Origin: a virus
DNA: 64,000 bases
Direction: 5' to 3' (one strand)
Virus record (IMG/VR): IMGVR_UViG_3300045919_000302
Location: 1 to 64,000 of that record
Shown here one piece after another: positions 9,499-18,110 of the stretch. Both the position numbers and the translations under genes were made by a program. The first letter of the stretch is position 1; each line of letters opens with the position of its first letter. Below the pieces are notes generated by a model. The model saw nothing but the letters and a program-made list of their open reading frames with translations, searched no databases and was not told the origin of the DNA.

Positions 9499-9746
9499 TA
9501 CTCTCCCGACACGATCTGGTGAATAAGCTTACGACGCTGAAGCTCTCTGAGTAAAGGGTCGCGCACTTCGGGGCGAAGGTTCTGAATCCGGCTTGCCTCT
9601 TGAAGGCTTCGGATGTCTTTCACGAGCGCAACGGGATCGTACTTCTCTCTGAGTTCCTTCACTCGGCCGAAGATGCTTGTAAGCTCACGGTTCTCATTCG
9701 AAACATCGGTAGAAGGCAAATGGACAACATCAAGGTCTTTCAACAT
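9498..9746 (-). CDS. Hypothetical protein
   Basis: AAGGAG SD; immediately downstream of palindrome copy 2. Confidence 0.6.
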   Translation of the reverse strand: MLKDLDVVHLPSTDVSNENRELTSIFGRVKELREKYDPVALVKDIRSLQEASRIQNLRPEVRDPLLRELQRRKLIHQIVSGE

Positions 9747-9756
9747 GACAACTCCT

Positions 9757-9784
9757 TACGGATGCCACAACCCTGGCACCCGTA
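9757..9784. repeat. 28-bp spaced palindrome, copy 2
   Basis: TACG GAT GCC ACAACCCT GGC ACC CGTA. Confidence 0.85.
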
Positions 9785-9786
9785 GC

Positions 9787-10140
9787 TTATTTTACGACCG
9801 CCTTACTCAGGACGGTCTTTTGTTTGCGAAGAAACCTTTTTGCACCGAAGCGAGCAAACTTGCGAGACATTTTAGCTACGACCGACTTCTTCGTATAAAG
9901 GCGGCGCACAACGGCCAGGATTGCCTCCCGGGCCTGCTCGGGCGTCTCGATCTCAGGGATCTGCCCCTCCAGCTCAACCTCGCTTAGGACGGTCAAGAGG
10001 CCGTCCACAAAGCGCTCCAGAAGCTCCTGGGTGAGGCTGTTCTCGTACTCGCCCTCGACGTTCTCCTGGTCCTCAATCTGGGTCTGGATCAGGGGCTCAA
10101 TGCGTTCGTGCAGTGCGTCTAATTTCTTGAAGATGTCCAC
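9787..10140 (-). CDS. Hypothetical acidic/basic protein, prohead-core-like
   Basis: GTG start at 10140 with GGGAG SD; acidic core and basic C-terminus. Confidence 0.5.
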   Translation of the reverse strand: MDIFKKLDALHERIEPLIQTQIEDQENVEGEYENSLTQELLERFVDGLLTVLSEVELEGQIPEIETPEQAREAILAVVRRLYTKKSVVAKMSRKFARFGAKRFLRKQKTVLSKAVVK

Positions 10141-10150
10141 AAATTCTCCC

Positions 10151-10747
10151 TTAGACCAGTCCGTCGATCGCGGATGCGATGACCTGTTCGAGTGAGCCGT
10201 ACTCCAAGGCCGGGCTCTCGTAATGAAGCTTGAGCGTGCCTTTGAACTTCGCACGCTTGAAGTCGCCTGGTGCCGCAGGCTTGTCATTCAGTTCAATCTC
10301 TGCGGCCACATACGCGCCCTCGCGACGAACGGCATTCCAGATGGCGTCGTTCAGCTTGCTTTCGAATTCTGAGCCGAAAATGTTTTCAAGATAGTCCTCC
10401 AAGGTGCCCATCTCGTTTTTCGGATCCTCAAGCTTCGCCTCTTTCTCGGCGTGCGCTTCGAGCGCAGACAGGTCGCCGGCATCAATCTCGACGTCGAATT
10501 CGATCAGGCCCTGGTCCTCGTGCTCACGAACGGCCTTCACCTTGACACGTTCTTTGCCTTCGATCAGAGACTGAAACGAATCAAACCTTGACTCCAGTAA
10601 GTCCAGGCTGGCAGAAGCAGCGCGAATACGAACAGTTTCCGCTTTGGCGTGGTCTTCCAGGATGAGCCGATCCGCGCTCTTCGCAGGCTTCTTCTCTTCC
10701 ATGGTCAACGGGGATCCCCAGGAATCCACAACCGAATCGAGTTTCAT
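10151..10747 (-). CDS. Putative internal head protein with variant tag (SVVDSWGSP)
   Basis: Start at 10747 (ATGA overlap): MKLDSVVDSWGSPLTMEE. Confidence 0.55.
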   Translation of the reverse strand: MKLDSVVDSWGSPLTMEEKKPAKSADRLILEDHAKAETVRIRAASASLDLLESRFDSFQSLIEGKERVKVKAVREHEDQGLIEFDVEIDAGDLSALEAHAEKEAKLEDPKNEMGTLEDYLENIFGSEFESKLNDAIWNAVRREGAYVAAEIELNDKPAAPGDFKRAKFKGTLKLHYESPALEYGSLEQVIASAIDGLV

Positions 10748-11274
10748 TTGATGATCTTCTTTTCTGGAACGAAGTTTTCGTTTCTCACGCACTCAAGCGA
10801 GTACTGTGTCCACACATCGGAGTCATTTTCAAATCCGTCTCTTTCAACGTTGATGACTTCAAAGTACCAGCTGTGTTTGCTTTTTGACCAGACCTGAATG
10901 ATGTCACCGACCCCGATATGATTGCTGAGGTCATCGACAGGTATTTTGAGCTGCTCCAGATTACTTCTTGGGATGGTGATCCGGCTCTCGAATCGAGTCA
11001 CCAGGCCGTTGTCGCCCGCCTCTTCCGTGCGAGTGGGCTGCTCAAAGCTAACCAGAAGGGGCACAGTAGGCGTACCCTTATAGGATATGTAGTTCTTGCT
11101 GCCGGCTACCGGCTCCTCATAGAGACAGTCGCTGTTGGCAACTGTAGCCAGGGAGGCCGGCAGGCTCTTGTAGAATTTCCAGAGGACTGGGTCATCCGTC
11201 CCGGCAAGGCGAACGATCTCCTGATTCACTGAATCGAAGAACGCCCGCTCCTTGCCGTTCAGGAGTGAACCCAT
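10744..11274 (-). CDS. Neck / head-closure protein (gp14-like)
   Basis: D-x-LYEE, GDIIQV, YFEV motifs; position in the module. Confidence 0.6.
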   Translation of the reverse strand: MGSLLNGKERAFFDSVNQEIVRLAGTDDPVLWKFYKSLPASLATVANSDCLYEEPVAGSKNYISYKGTPTVPLLVSFEQPTRTEEAGDNGLVTRFESRITIPRSNLEQLKIPVDDLSNHIGVGDIIQVWSKSKHSWYFEVINVERDGFENDSDVWTQYSLECVRNENFVPEKKIIK

Positions 11275-11277
11275 GAC

Positions 11278-13569
11278 TTACTTCTTCTTTGCGACCTTGG
11301 CCGGAAGCTTTTTACTGAGAGCGGACATGGCGCTCTTCACGCCCTTCTTCGCCAGCTCCTTCTTCTGAGCTTCGGCGCTCTCCACCATCTTGCGGCGGCT
11401 TTCGATCCGCGCTTCGAAGGCGGCCTTACGAGCCTGGATCTGGCTTACAGACTTACGGGCCTTCTGGAGAGACTCCAGTTTAGCGCCCGATACCTTCGGT
11501 CCGAACTTACGCTCAGTGACGGGCTTTCCAGCTACGCGACGGGAATCTTGCATGTGCTTGCCGGAGTCGTCGCCGGGTTTGCCGAGCTTGATTTTAGCGG
11601 AAGGGAGGTCCTTCTCCTGCTTCTGGCTCTTGCCCTTGCCTTCAACGTGATCGCCATGATCGTCGCCGACGTCGCCGACCTTGATGTCGGATTCGGAGTG
11701 GTTCTTCTCACCGGACTTCACACCGAGCGGGGTTTCCTTGGCCTTGTCGCCGATATGCTCGCCGGCCTTGTTAGGTTCGGTTTCGCCGCCAAGTTCTTTC
11801 TTCTTGGAGGCTACCAACTTGTCCATGGCCTGGGGATTCTTGTGGACGAGAGGGGAGGTGGCCTTCTTCTGCTGCGGGGCCACGGCGACTTCTTCCATGA
11901 CCGGCATGCCGAAGAAATCGACCGATTCCTGCATCTGACCCGTTTTCTTTTCCGTGCTCTCACCCATGATTTTCTTCTCCGTCTTCACGACTTCTTCCCC
12001 GCTGTCGAGGATGTGTTGTGCCCACGAGTCTTCGACCAGGGGCTTGATTGATTTGATCTTGTCCACGATGGTGGCAGGCAAACTAACTTCCTTCTTCATA
12101 GATTCTCCCAGAAGGCTTCCCACGTGGCCTTCAATTGACTCTTCCTGTTCAGATCCGACCTGGACCGACTCTTCGGCTCCTTCCGCATCCTTGGCTTTAC
12201 CCTGATGCCTCTCGGCAGCCCCGGCGTGGATCTTGGCCACAGCGGTCATGATCTCTTTGAACTTATTCTTGGTCAGCTTGGCCGCAACCTTAGCTGCTTC
12301 CTTCTCGTTGTCCATCCGGCCTTCATCGACCGAATCCACAACGCATTGGGCGATGTCTTCGGCGGACATGTCGCTGAGTTGGACTTCAATCTCTTCCTTG
12401 AAGTAACTCTCTTCGAAATCTCCTTCTAGTCGGTCGGATACTTCCGGCTTCCGTTCTCCATAAACTTCGAAGTAGTCTCCCAGGCAGGACATGAGCCCAT
12501 TCTTGATCTCTTCGTCCGAAGCTTCGACGTAGGAGTCAATCTCTGGGGCGAACCGTCCGACGCCGTTCACGATGTCGTTGATCAGGTGCTCGGGATTCTT
12601 GATCACGATCGTGACTTCGTCCTTCGGGGCATCAACCTTGGCTGATACGATCGCAGCGGGGCACGAAACCATGCCGCCGTCGGTGCTCTGGTATTCGCCA
12701 ACGACGTCGATCTTTTCCAGGGCGTTTTCGATGCACCTGTAACGATCCTTCGTAATCGCAGCAGCGAGACCGGCGCGCTCCGCGCTTTCCATCGCAGTGG
12801 CAACGGCGATCGGGAAAATCTTCTCGACATCGTCCATGCCATTTGGCGTGTTGATGTTCTGCACGTCCTTCGCGCTGTAGCCGCCGTGATAAACGTCTCC
12901 GTCACGATCGGCGTCGAGGTAGTCGTTCTCAACTTTCCAGGCTCCTCTGCCGCTGAGGTAACCGAGGGCCTCGGCCGCTTCCTTGAGCGTAAGCTTGACG
13001 GTGACTTCATGCTCGACGGGCTTGGCCACGTTGTCTTCGGCGAGCTTCTTCACTTCCTTCGATTCAGTCTTCACTTTGACTTCCTTGCTGGCTTCGCGGG
13101 CCTTCGTGATCACATCGAGTTCTTCCGGGGCTACCGAGCGCTCCGGCACCGCGCCCTTGCCCATTTCGCGGTCGAGATTCTCATCATCGAGAAACCACTT
13201 CAGGGTGACGTCCTTGTCACCGGTCTGAAGCTGTTGCTGGTCCGAGTCCTTGTTCCAGCGGCGTCCGAATTCGACGCTCATCTTGACGCGAGGATCCTTC
13301 TTGGAAACGATCACCAGGCCGGTGGCCTTGTAGCCGCCTTCGTCGCCACCCTGGGCCTTCAGAACTTCATCGTACTCGCCCATGGCTTCGAGCTGCTTGA
13401 TGCAGTCGGTGAGGGCGGACATATCCACCGCCGCCTGGTCGAGAGCTGGCTGCGCAACCGTGAGGGCCTGCTTGAAGACGTACCCAGTCTTCTTGTCCGA
13501 GATCTGCCCGTAGAGCGCCTTGGCGACTGCGATCTCTTTACCCACGATCTTGTTCTGGTCAGCTTCCAT
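11278..13569 (-). CDS. Large acidic multidomain protein, putative internal head polyprotein
   Basis: 763 aa; many xxE|S sites; internal MQESVDFFGMPVMEE; Lys-rich C-terminus. Confidence 0.6.
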   Translation of the reverse strand: MEADQNKIVGKEIAVAKALYGQISDKKTGYVFKQALTVAQPALDQAAVDMSALTDCIKQLEAMGEYDEVLKAQGGDEGGYKATGLVIVSKKDPRVKMSVEFGRRWNKDSDQQQLQTGDKDVTLKWFLDDENLDREMGKGAVPERSVAPEELDVITKAREASKEVKVKTESKEVKKLAEDNVAKPVEHEVTVKLTLKEAAEALGYLSGRGAWKVENDYLDADRDGDVYHGGYSAKDVQNINTPNGMDDVEKIFPIAVATAMESAERAGLAAAITKDRYRCIENALEKIDVVGEYQSTDGGMVSCPAAIVSAKVDAPKDEVTIVIKNPEHLINDIVNGVGRFAPEIDSYVEASDEEIKNGLMSCLGDYFEVYGERKPEVSDRLEGDFEESYFKEEIEVQLSDMSAEDIAQCVVDSVDEGRMDNEKEAAKVAAKLTKNKFKEIMTAVAKIHAGAAERHQGKAKDAEGAEESVQVGSEQEESIEGHVGSLLGESMKKEVSLPATIVDKIKSIKPLVEDSWAQHILDSGEEVVKTEKKIMGESTEKKTGQMQESVDFFGMPVMEEVAVAPQQKKATSPLVHKNPQAMDKLVASKKKELGGETEPNKAGEHIGDKAKETPLGVKSGEKNHSESDIKVGDVGDDHGDHVEGKGKSQKQEKDLPSAKIKLGKPGDDSGKHMQDSRRVAGKPVTERKFGPKVSGAKLESLQKARKSVSQIQARKAAFEARIESRRKMVESAEAQKKELAKKGVKSAMSALSKKLPAKVAKKK

Positions 13570-14989
13570 TTTGTTTCTCCAGCCAGTGCTTGAATCTGAT
13601 TTTTGCTACGGCCTTCAGTGCGTGGAAATCATCGAGTCCGCCGATTGCCACCACTTGTTTCATGTTCTGTTCGTCTTTCGACCACAGAACCGCACTCATG
13701 TACTCCGACTCGTAGGCCAGGAAGGTCTTGATCACGCAGGGCTCGCCATTGATCGAGATGGAGTACCGAAGGAAAATACCGTCCGCGCTGCGGTCTTCCT
13801 TGAGATGATACTTCAACTTGTGGGCTTTCAAAACCCCTTCAACGATCTCCTTGACCTTTTTCTCCATGTCTTTATGCTTGTGCTCGGGTTGGACCACGGG
13901 GATCAGGGAGTGCAGAAAGCTTTTCAGGCCAGTGGCCTCAGACAGAATGTCATGGGATTCTCGCTGCCACTTTCTAGAGGCGGACTTGTAATCGATATTT
14001 GGACGGTGCTCCACTCTGAGCAGAGTGAATGCGATCTGGCCACTCAGGAGTTGGACAGCCTCGGCAAAGCCACGGTATTCGGAGTCAAGCTTGAGGCGCA
14101 CAAACCAGACCGAGACTGACCCCACGATTTTCGGCTCGGATACGATCTGCTCGATGTCTCGAAGCGACGGCTGTTGCAGCCAAGCTTGGAATGCGCTCTT
14201 GTCGGCCTCAGGAAGATGATCGAGAGGCGGCAATTGCCCGTTCACCACGAGCGACCCGACCAAGCTCATCTTTGATTCTCCGAGCTTCAACTGGGTCCTT
14301 GGAAAAGGCTTCGTCCGGGAACGTAAGAAGGAATTTCGCTCGCGCAATGCAGCGCTCGGGCGTTCCAGCTTCGTCGATAAGTTTCTGCTCCCAGGATTCC
14401 GGCTTTTCCATACACTCTCTACCTTATCACGTTTCGTGCCGTGTTTTTCGGTTGATTTCTCTGAGTCTTTTTCGACACTTGTGTCATCGTCTTGGTCGCT
14501 TGTCGAATCTTCAGTCACCTGCTCCAGGGCCTTATAAACGCCCTCGAACCGCTTCGGATCCATGTCGATGCCCAATTCTTCGGTCGTCGGCGCTTCCACG
14601 TCTGCGTTCGCCAAGAAGTCCTTTACCCGGGGATCGTCACCCAAAGAGACGTCGTGGCCCACCGCCTGGAGCGCGAGCGTGCCGATGGTCTCCTTGTCGA
14701 ACCGGACCAGATCCGCAACCGTGATCTTGCCGGCCCAGAGTTCGTCCACGTTCTTCACCATGACGTGAGCGGGCCTCCGATCCACGAAGGGCATGGGGTC
14801 AATGTCCTGGTCCTTGAAGAAGTTCCAGACGCCCTCCACGAGATCGTGATTGGGCTGGGAGACCTTCTCGGCGATGGCTGGATATTCCTTCTTCGTGACG
14901 TCCAAGAATGCGTCCACGAAGAGCACCAGGGCCGCGTAGTCCTTGTAGTCGAAGCCGCCAATTTTTGGAGCGTGTGATTTCTTTTTCAT
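13559..14989 (-). CDS. Hypothetical protein (possibly fused or overlapping genes)
   Basis: Start MKKKSH at 14989 with AAGGA SD; second SD+ATG at 14269. Confidence 0.5.
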   Translation of the reverse strand: MKKKSHAPKIGGFDYKDYAALVLFVDAFLDVTKKEYPAIAEKVSQPNHDLVEGVWNFFKDQDIDPMPFVDRRPAHVMVKNVDELWAGKITVADLVRFDKETIGTLALQAVGHDVSLGDDPRVKDFLANADVEAPTTEELGIDMDPKRFEGVYKALEQVTEDSTSDQDDDTSVEKDSEKSTEKHGTKRDKVESVWKSRNPGSRNLSTKLERPSAALRERNSFLRSRTKPFPRTQLKLGESKMSLVGSLVVNGQLPPLDHLPEADKSAFQAWLQQPSLRDIEQIVSEPKIVGSVSVWFVRLKLDSEYRGFAEAVQLLSGQIAFTLLRVEHRPNIDYKSASRKWQRESHDILSEATGLKSFLHSLIPVVQPEHKHKDMEKKVKEIVEGVLKAHKLKYHLKEDRSADGIFLRYSISINGEPCVIKTFLAYESEYMSAVLWSKDEQNMKQVVAIGGLDDFHALKAVAKIRFKHWLEKQNGS

Positions 14990-14993
14990 ATCC

Positions 14994-15021
14994 TTCGGGT
15001 GCCGCGATCCTGGCGGCCGTA
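14994..15021. repeat. 28-bp spaced palindrome, copy 3 (one mismatch)
   Basis: TTCG GGT GCC GCGATCCT GGC GGC CGTA; 15000-15022 is identical to 55842-55864. Confidence 0.8.
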
Positions 15022-15023
15022 GA

Positions 15024-15749
15024 CTACCCTGCCAGAATTCCGTCAGGCCCTTGGCTTGCGAAAATCTCGATGTCGAGCTTCTCCATCTCTTCCTTGGCTT
15101 CAGCGACCAGATCCTTACCGTCGAGGCCGACAGGCCCGCCGGCACCCGGGAGCTGGTCGTACTTTGAGCGGATCTTTCCGATCACATCCTTGGCCTTGGC
15201 TTTGACGTACCGAGTGAACAAGTAGTCGTCCTTATCGCTGAGGTCTTCCGGCTTAAAGTCGTTCGTCTTGAGTTGAATGAGCATCACTCCTGATGGAGTC
15301 CCGCCGCGAGCGGTGATGTGCAGGAGCCGCGTCTGCTGATCGTAAGACCAGTCAGGGTCAACCGAGAAGACACGCTTGCGCTGTTCGGTGAACGAGAGGA
15401 GTTGCGCGAATCCAGAATAGTCCGTCAGCCCGGATCCGGTGGACATCAGTGTGTTTGGACCGTACGGAATGATGTCGAAGAATCCAAGGGTAAAGAATGC
15501 GGCTACGTCGGTCGGAACCTGGAACACCACGTCCACAACCTGTTGAACGTCATCCTTCATGGGGTATTCAAGCTGTCCGTCCACGATCTGAACTGGGCGG
15601 TAAATAAGGAAACCCTTTTTCGCCATAAACCAACGCTTAGCGATCGTGAGGATATTGGCGAAGGCCCCGTCGGAAAGCTCTACCGTGACGTAGTCGCCTC
15701 CCATTTCTGAGATCACTTCGGCCTTAAGCTTTGCAGGAGTCGTCCCCAT
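15024..15749 (-). CDS. Neck / head-tail adaptor (gp13-like)
   Basis: MGGDYVTVELS; YVKAKAKDVIGKIRSKY..LPGAGGPVGLDGKDLVAEAKEE. Confidence 0.85.
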   Translation of the reverse strand: MGTTPAKLKAEVISEMGGDYVTVELSDGAFANILTIAKRWFMAKKGFLIYRPVQIVDGQLEYPMKDDVQQVVDVVFQVPTDVAAFFTLGFFDIIPYGPNTLMSTGSGLTDYSGFAQLLSFTEQRKRVFSVDPDWSYDQQTRLLHITARGGTPSGVMLIQLKTNDFKPEDLSDKDDYLFTRYVKAKAKDVIGKIRSKYDQLPGAGGPVGLDGKDLVAEAKEEMEKLDIEIFASQGPDGILAG

Positions 15750-16216
15750 TACTTCTCTTCTTCCTCTTCGGACTCGGGCTCTTCTTCCGACTCTTCGTCT
15801 TCAGGCTCTTTTTCGGACTCCTTGTCTTTGGAGTCGTCATCAGACTCTTCATCATCCTCAGCTTCGCCTTCGGATTCTTCCTCATCGTCCTTCCCATCGG
15901 CGGAGAGATTAAACAAATCCGCGATGCTCGCCATGCACTTCTTGGTTTGCTCCAGAAGCTCCTTGGCTCCCTCTCCGAAAAGAGTGTCGAGCTTGTCCTG
16001 GTGGCCACGCTTGAGCAGCTGGTCGATTGCCTCAACGGCCGTGAGAGCGGAGTTCTGAGCCATGGACATCAGCGACTCGACTTCCTCGAATCGATCTTCA
16101 ACCGTTCCAACTTCCCCGGTGTCTTGATCAATCTCCGGATCTCCGGTCTTGTCTTCATCTTCCAGGAACCGCTCTTCGAGTTTCTTCACATTGCTGATAA
16201 CGGATTCAACGGACAT
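15749..16216 (-). CDS. Highly acidic protein, prohead core-like
   Basis: CAGGAG SD, MSVESV start, E/D/S-rich tail. Confidence 0.6.
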   Translation of the reverse strand: MSVESVISNVKKLEERFLEDEDKTGDPEIDQDTGEVGTVEDRFEEVESLMSMAQNSALTAVEAIDQLLKRGHQDKLDTLFGEGAKELLEQTKKCMASIADLFNLSADGKDDEEESEGEAEDDEESDDDSKDKESEKEPEDEESEEEPESEEEEEK

Positions 16217-16289
16217 GGCACTCTCCTGTTTTCTCAACTTTATCTTGAATCCAGAAAACAAGAAAGAACAGAGAGCGCATTACAAATTG

Positions 16290-17921
16290 TCAATCGACCT
16301 GTTTACGTCTCCATTCCGAGGCGTAATGCTTCTTGCATTTCCGATGGGTGCCGACCGCAGGTAATCCACAGTGGCAATTCCCATAAGAGCCCTTCGGCCT
16401 TCCGGTAATCCTCCCCGGAGGAATGCCGCTTTTCTCTTTCCAGTGGATGGTGCAAAGTCCGCCCCTTTTTGCAGCCATGGATTGACAGCCAAATATTACG
16501 CAATGCTTTGCCGCTTTTTTCGGCTTGATATAGCCCTCTTTTTCTCTGGCCTCAGCGTAATGACGCGAGCAAAGATTCCTGGAGAAAATATCCCTAGCGC
16601 ATCCCTCAGTGAGGCATGACGTCGCACCGAACGCGACTCTCTCGATGTATTTCTTATATCCAACGTTTCCGGCCCTTCTCTTCTCAACCAGAGAGCAGTT
16701 CTTGCAGAAATCAGAAACGCCAGATGCTTGTCGGCCGCAATTCTTACAGTACCTGTCGAACCTGTTTTGAACTACTGGGGTCACAGGAAGTTGTTCAGCT
16801 TCACACCTACCTGGCAAGTCGTAAGAACTGATGGGATGGTTTGTTATCGCTGCCGACCCATACCTCTTAACGGCTGCTAAATCGTAAACCTTCTTTGCCT
16901 CTTCTTCGGAAGCGTACCTGCCGAGGTATTCGTTCTTGTGATTGAAGGTGATTGATACCTCGAACTTACCCTTGCGGTATCTGACGCCTATGGGTCCACC
17001 TTTTTTCCTGGTCCTATTGTGGTTATTTTGAGCGATCGTAATAACCCGCAGCTTGCATCTCCTGTTGTCCAGGCGATTCCTTTCAATGTGATCCACAACC
17101 ATTCCCGGCGGTGCGGTCATCACCTCCCTGTGAAACGGAATCACATGGCCCCCGTCTCTCCGGCAAAGGTAGCCACCAGCCGAGAAATACCAATTATGGC
17201 TCCCTATTTTCTCTAGGTCATCCCGATCACAGAAGATGTACTTGCCCTCTAAAAGTAGAGCTGCGTGCTGATCCGTGAATTCAGAGGGTTTGTCAAATCC
17301 CTCAGTGACCTCTACCGGCCTTCTCTGGCCGGTGAACTGATGCGCGTACTTTGGCTTTACCCTGAACTCATATTCAAAAATAATCTTTGGGTCTTCCTGA
17401 ATCCTGACGTACCCCATCTGCTTGGCGTACTCATCAACGCTGCAACCCATGACCCTCGCTTTTTTCCACGGGGAGTATTTGTGAATGAAGTTTCCGTCTT
17501 TATCCTCGTAGTGAAATGACTTCTCTGTTTTTCCTACTCGCTTAAAGTTGGTGGCCAAATAGATGACGCCGCTATGACCCTCAGATGGTGAGGCATATGA
17601 CTTCACCCCAACCCATTTCCTCTCTCGCTCTAGCATTCGAAGACATCTGCCAAGAAAAAAGCTTTCTGTATTTTTTGGCGTGTCATCGACGACGAAGAAT
17701 CTGCTGAGATTCAGCCAACCAGAATAAGACTCTTCGCTTTGTTTTCTTGAGAACTTCCCAAACACTGCCATCCCAAGCAAGGTGTTCGCCGTCCTAAGCA
17801 GGAAAACGACCTGGGATTTCGGGGGAAACGTCCCCGTGTAGTGCCTCGACGCCAGCCAATCCCTTAGAGACTTGTTAATTTCTGAAGCCTTCTCTACGTA
17901 AAAATCACCGATCGCACCCAT
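16290..17921 (-). CDS. Mom-like (GNAT-fold) DNA-modification domain fused to HNH endonuclease, AP2 and Cys/His repeats
   Basis: HY..G.AVFG..LSRF..PKNTESFFLG..SYA..GHSGVIYLATNF; VVDHIERNRLDNRRCKLR; YLGRY..EEEA..YD.AA..YG; C-x4-C..LC..H repeats; more AT-rich than flanks. Confidence 0.75.
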   Translation of the reverse strand: MGAIGDFYVEKASEINKSLRDWLASRHYTGTFPPKSQVVFLLRTANTLLGMAVFGKFSRKQSEESYSGWLNLSRFFVVDDTPKNTESFFLGRCLRMLERERKWVGVKSYASPSEGHSGVIYLATNFKRVGKTEKSFHYEDKDGNFIHKYSPWKKARVMGCSVDEYAKQMGYVRIQEDPKIIFEYEFRVKPKYAHQFTGQRRPVEVTEGFDKPSEFTDQHAALLLEGKYIFCDRDDLEKIGSHNWYFSAGGYLCRRDGGHVIPFHREVMTAPPGMVVDHIERNRLDNRRCKLRVITIAQNNHNRTRKKGGPIGVRYRKGKFEVSITFNHKNEYLGRYASEEEAKKVYDLAAVKRYGSAAITNHPISSYDLPGRCEAEQLPVTPVVQNRFDRYCKNCGRQASGVSDFCKNCSLVEKRRAGNVGYKKYIERVAFGATSCLTEGCARDIFSRNLCSRHYAEAREKEGYIKPKKAAKHCVIFGCQSMAAKRGGLCTIHWKEKSGIPPGRITGRPKGSYGNCHCGLPAVGTHRKCKKHYASEWRRKQVD

Positions 17922-18050
17922 TACAAAACGATATCATTCGACCATCAGTGTGTCTAAACAATAGTTCCTATGCGGTTATCGTTAATAATAAATTTCTTTA
18001 GTATCGAATCATTTTATATTCTACAGACTAAAAGTGTCTGGCCATAAAGC

Positions 18051-18085
18051 AAAAAGACCCGGCAACCTATTAGATTGCCGGGTCT
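18051..18085 (-). terminator. Rho-independent terminator after the major capsid gene
   Basis: 11-bp stem AGACCCGGCAA/TTGCCGGGTCT plus T-tract. Confidence 0.85.
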
Positions 18086-18110
18086 CTGTTTTTCAGACCT
18101 GAGAACCCTA

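Noticed and set aside
9774-9790. sigma54 promoter (TGGCAC) within palindrome copies
   Set aside because: The GG-to-GC spacing is 8 bp, not the required 10, and TGGCAC is not conserved across copies.
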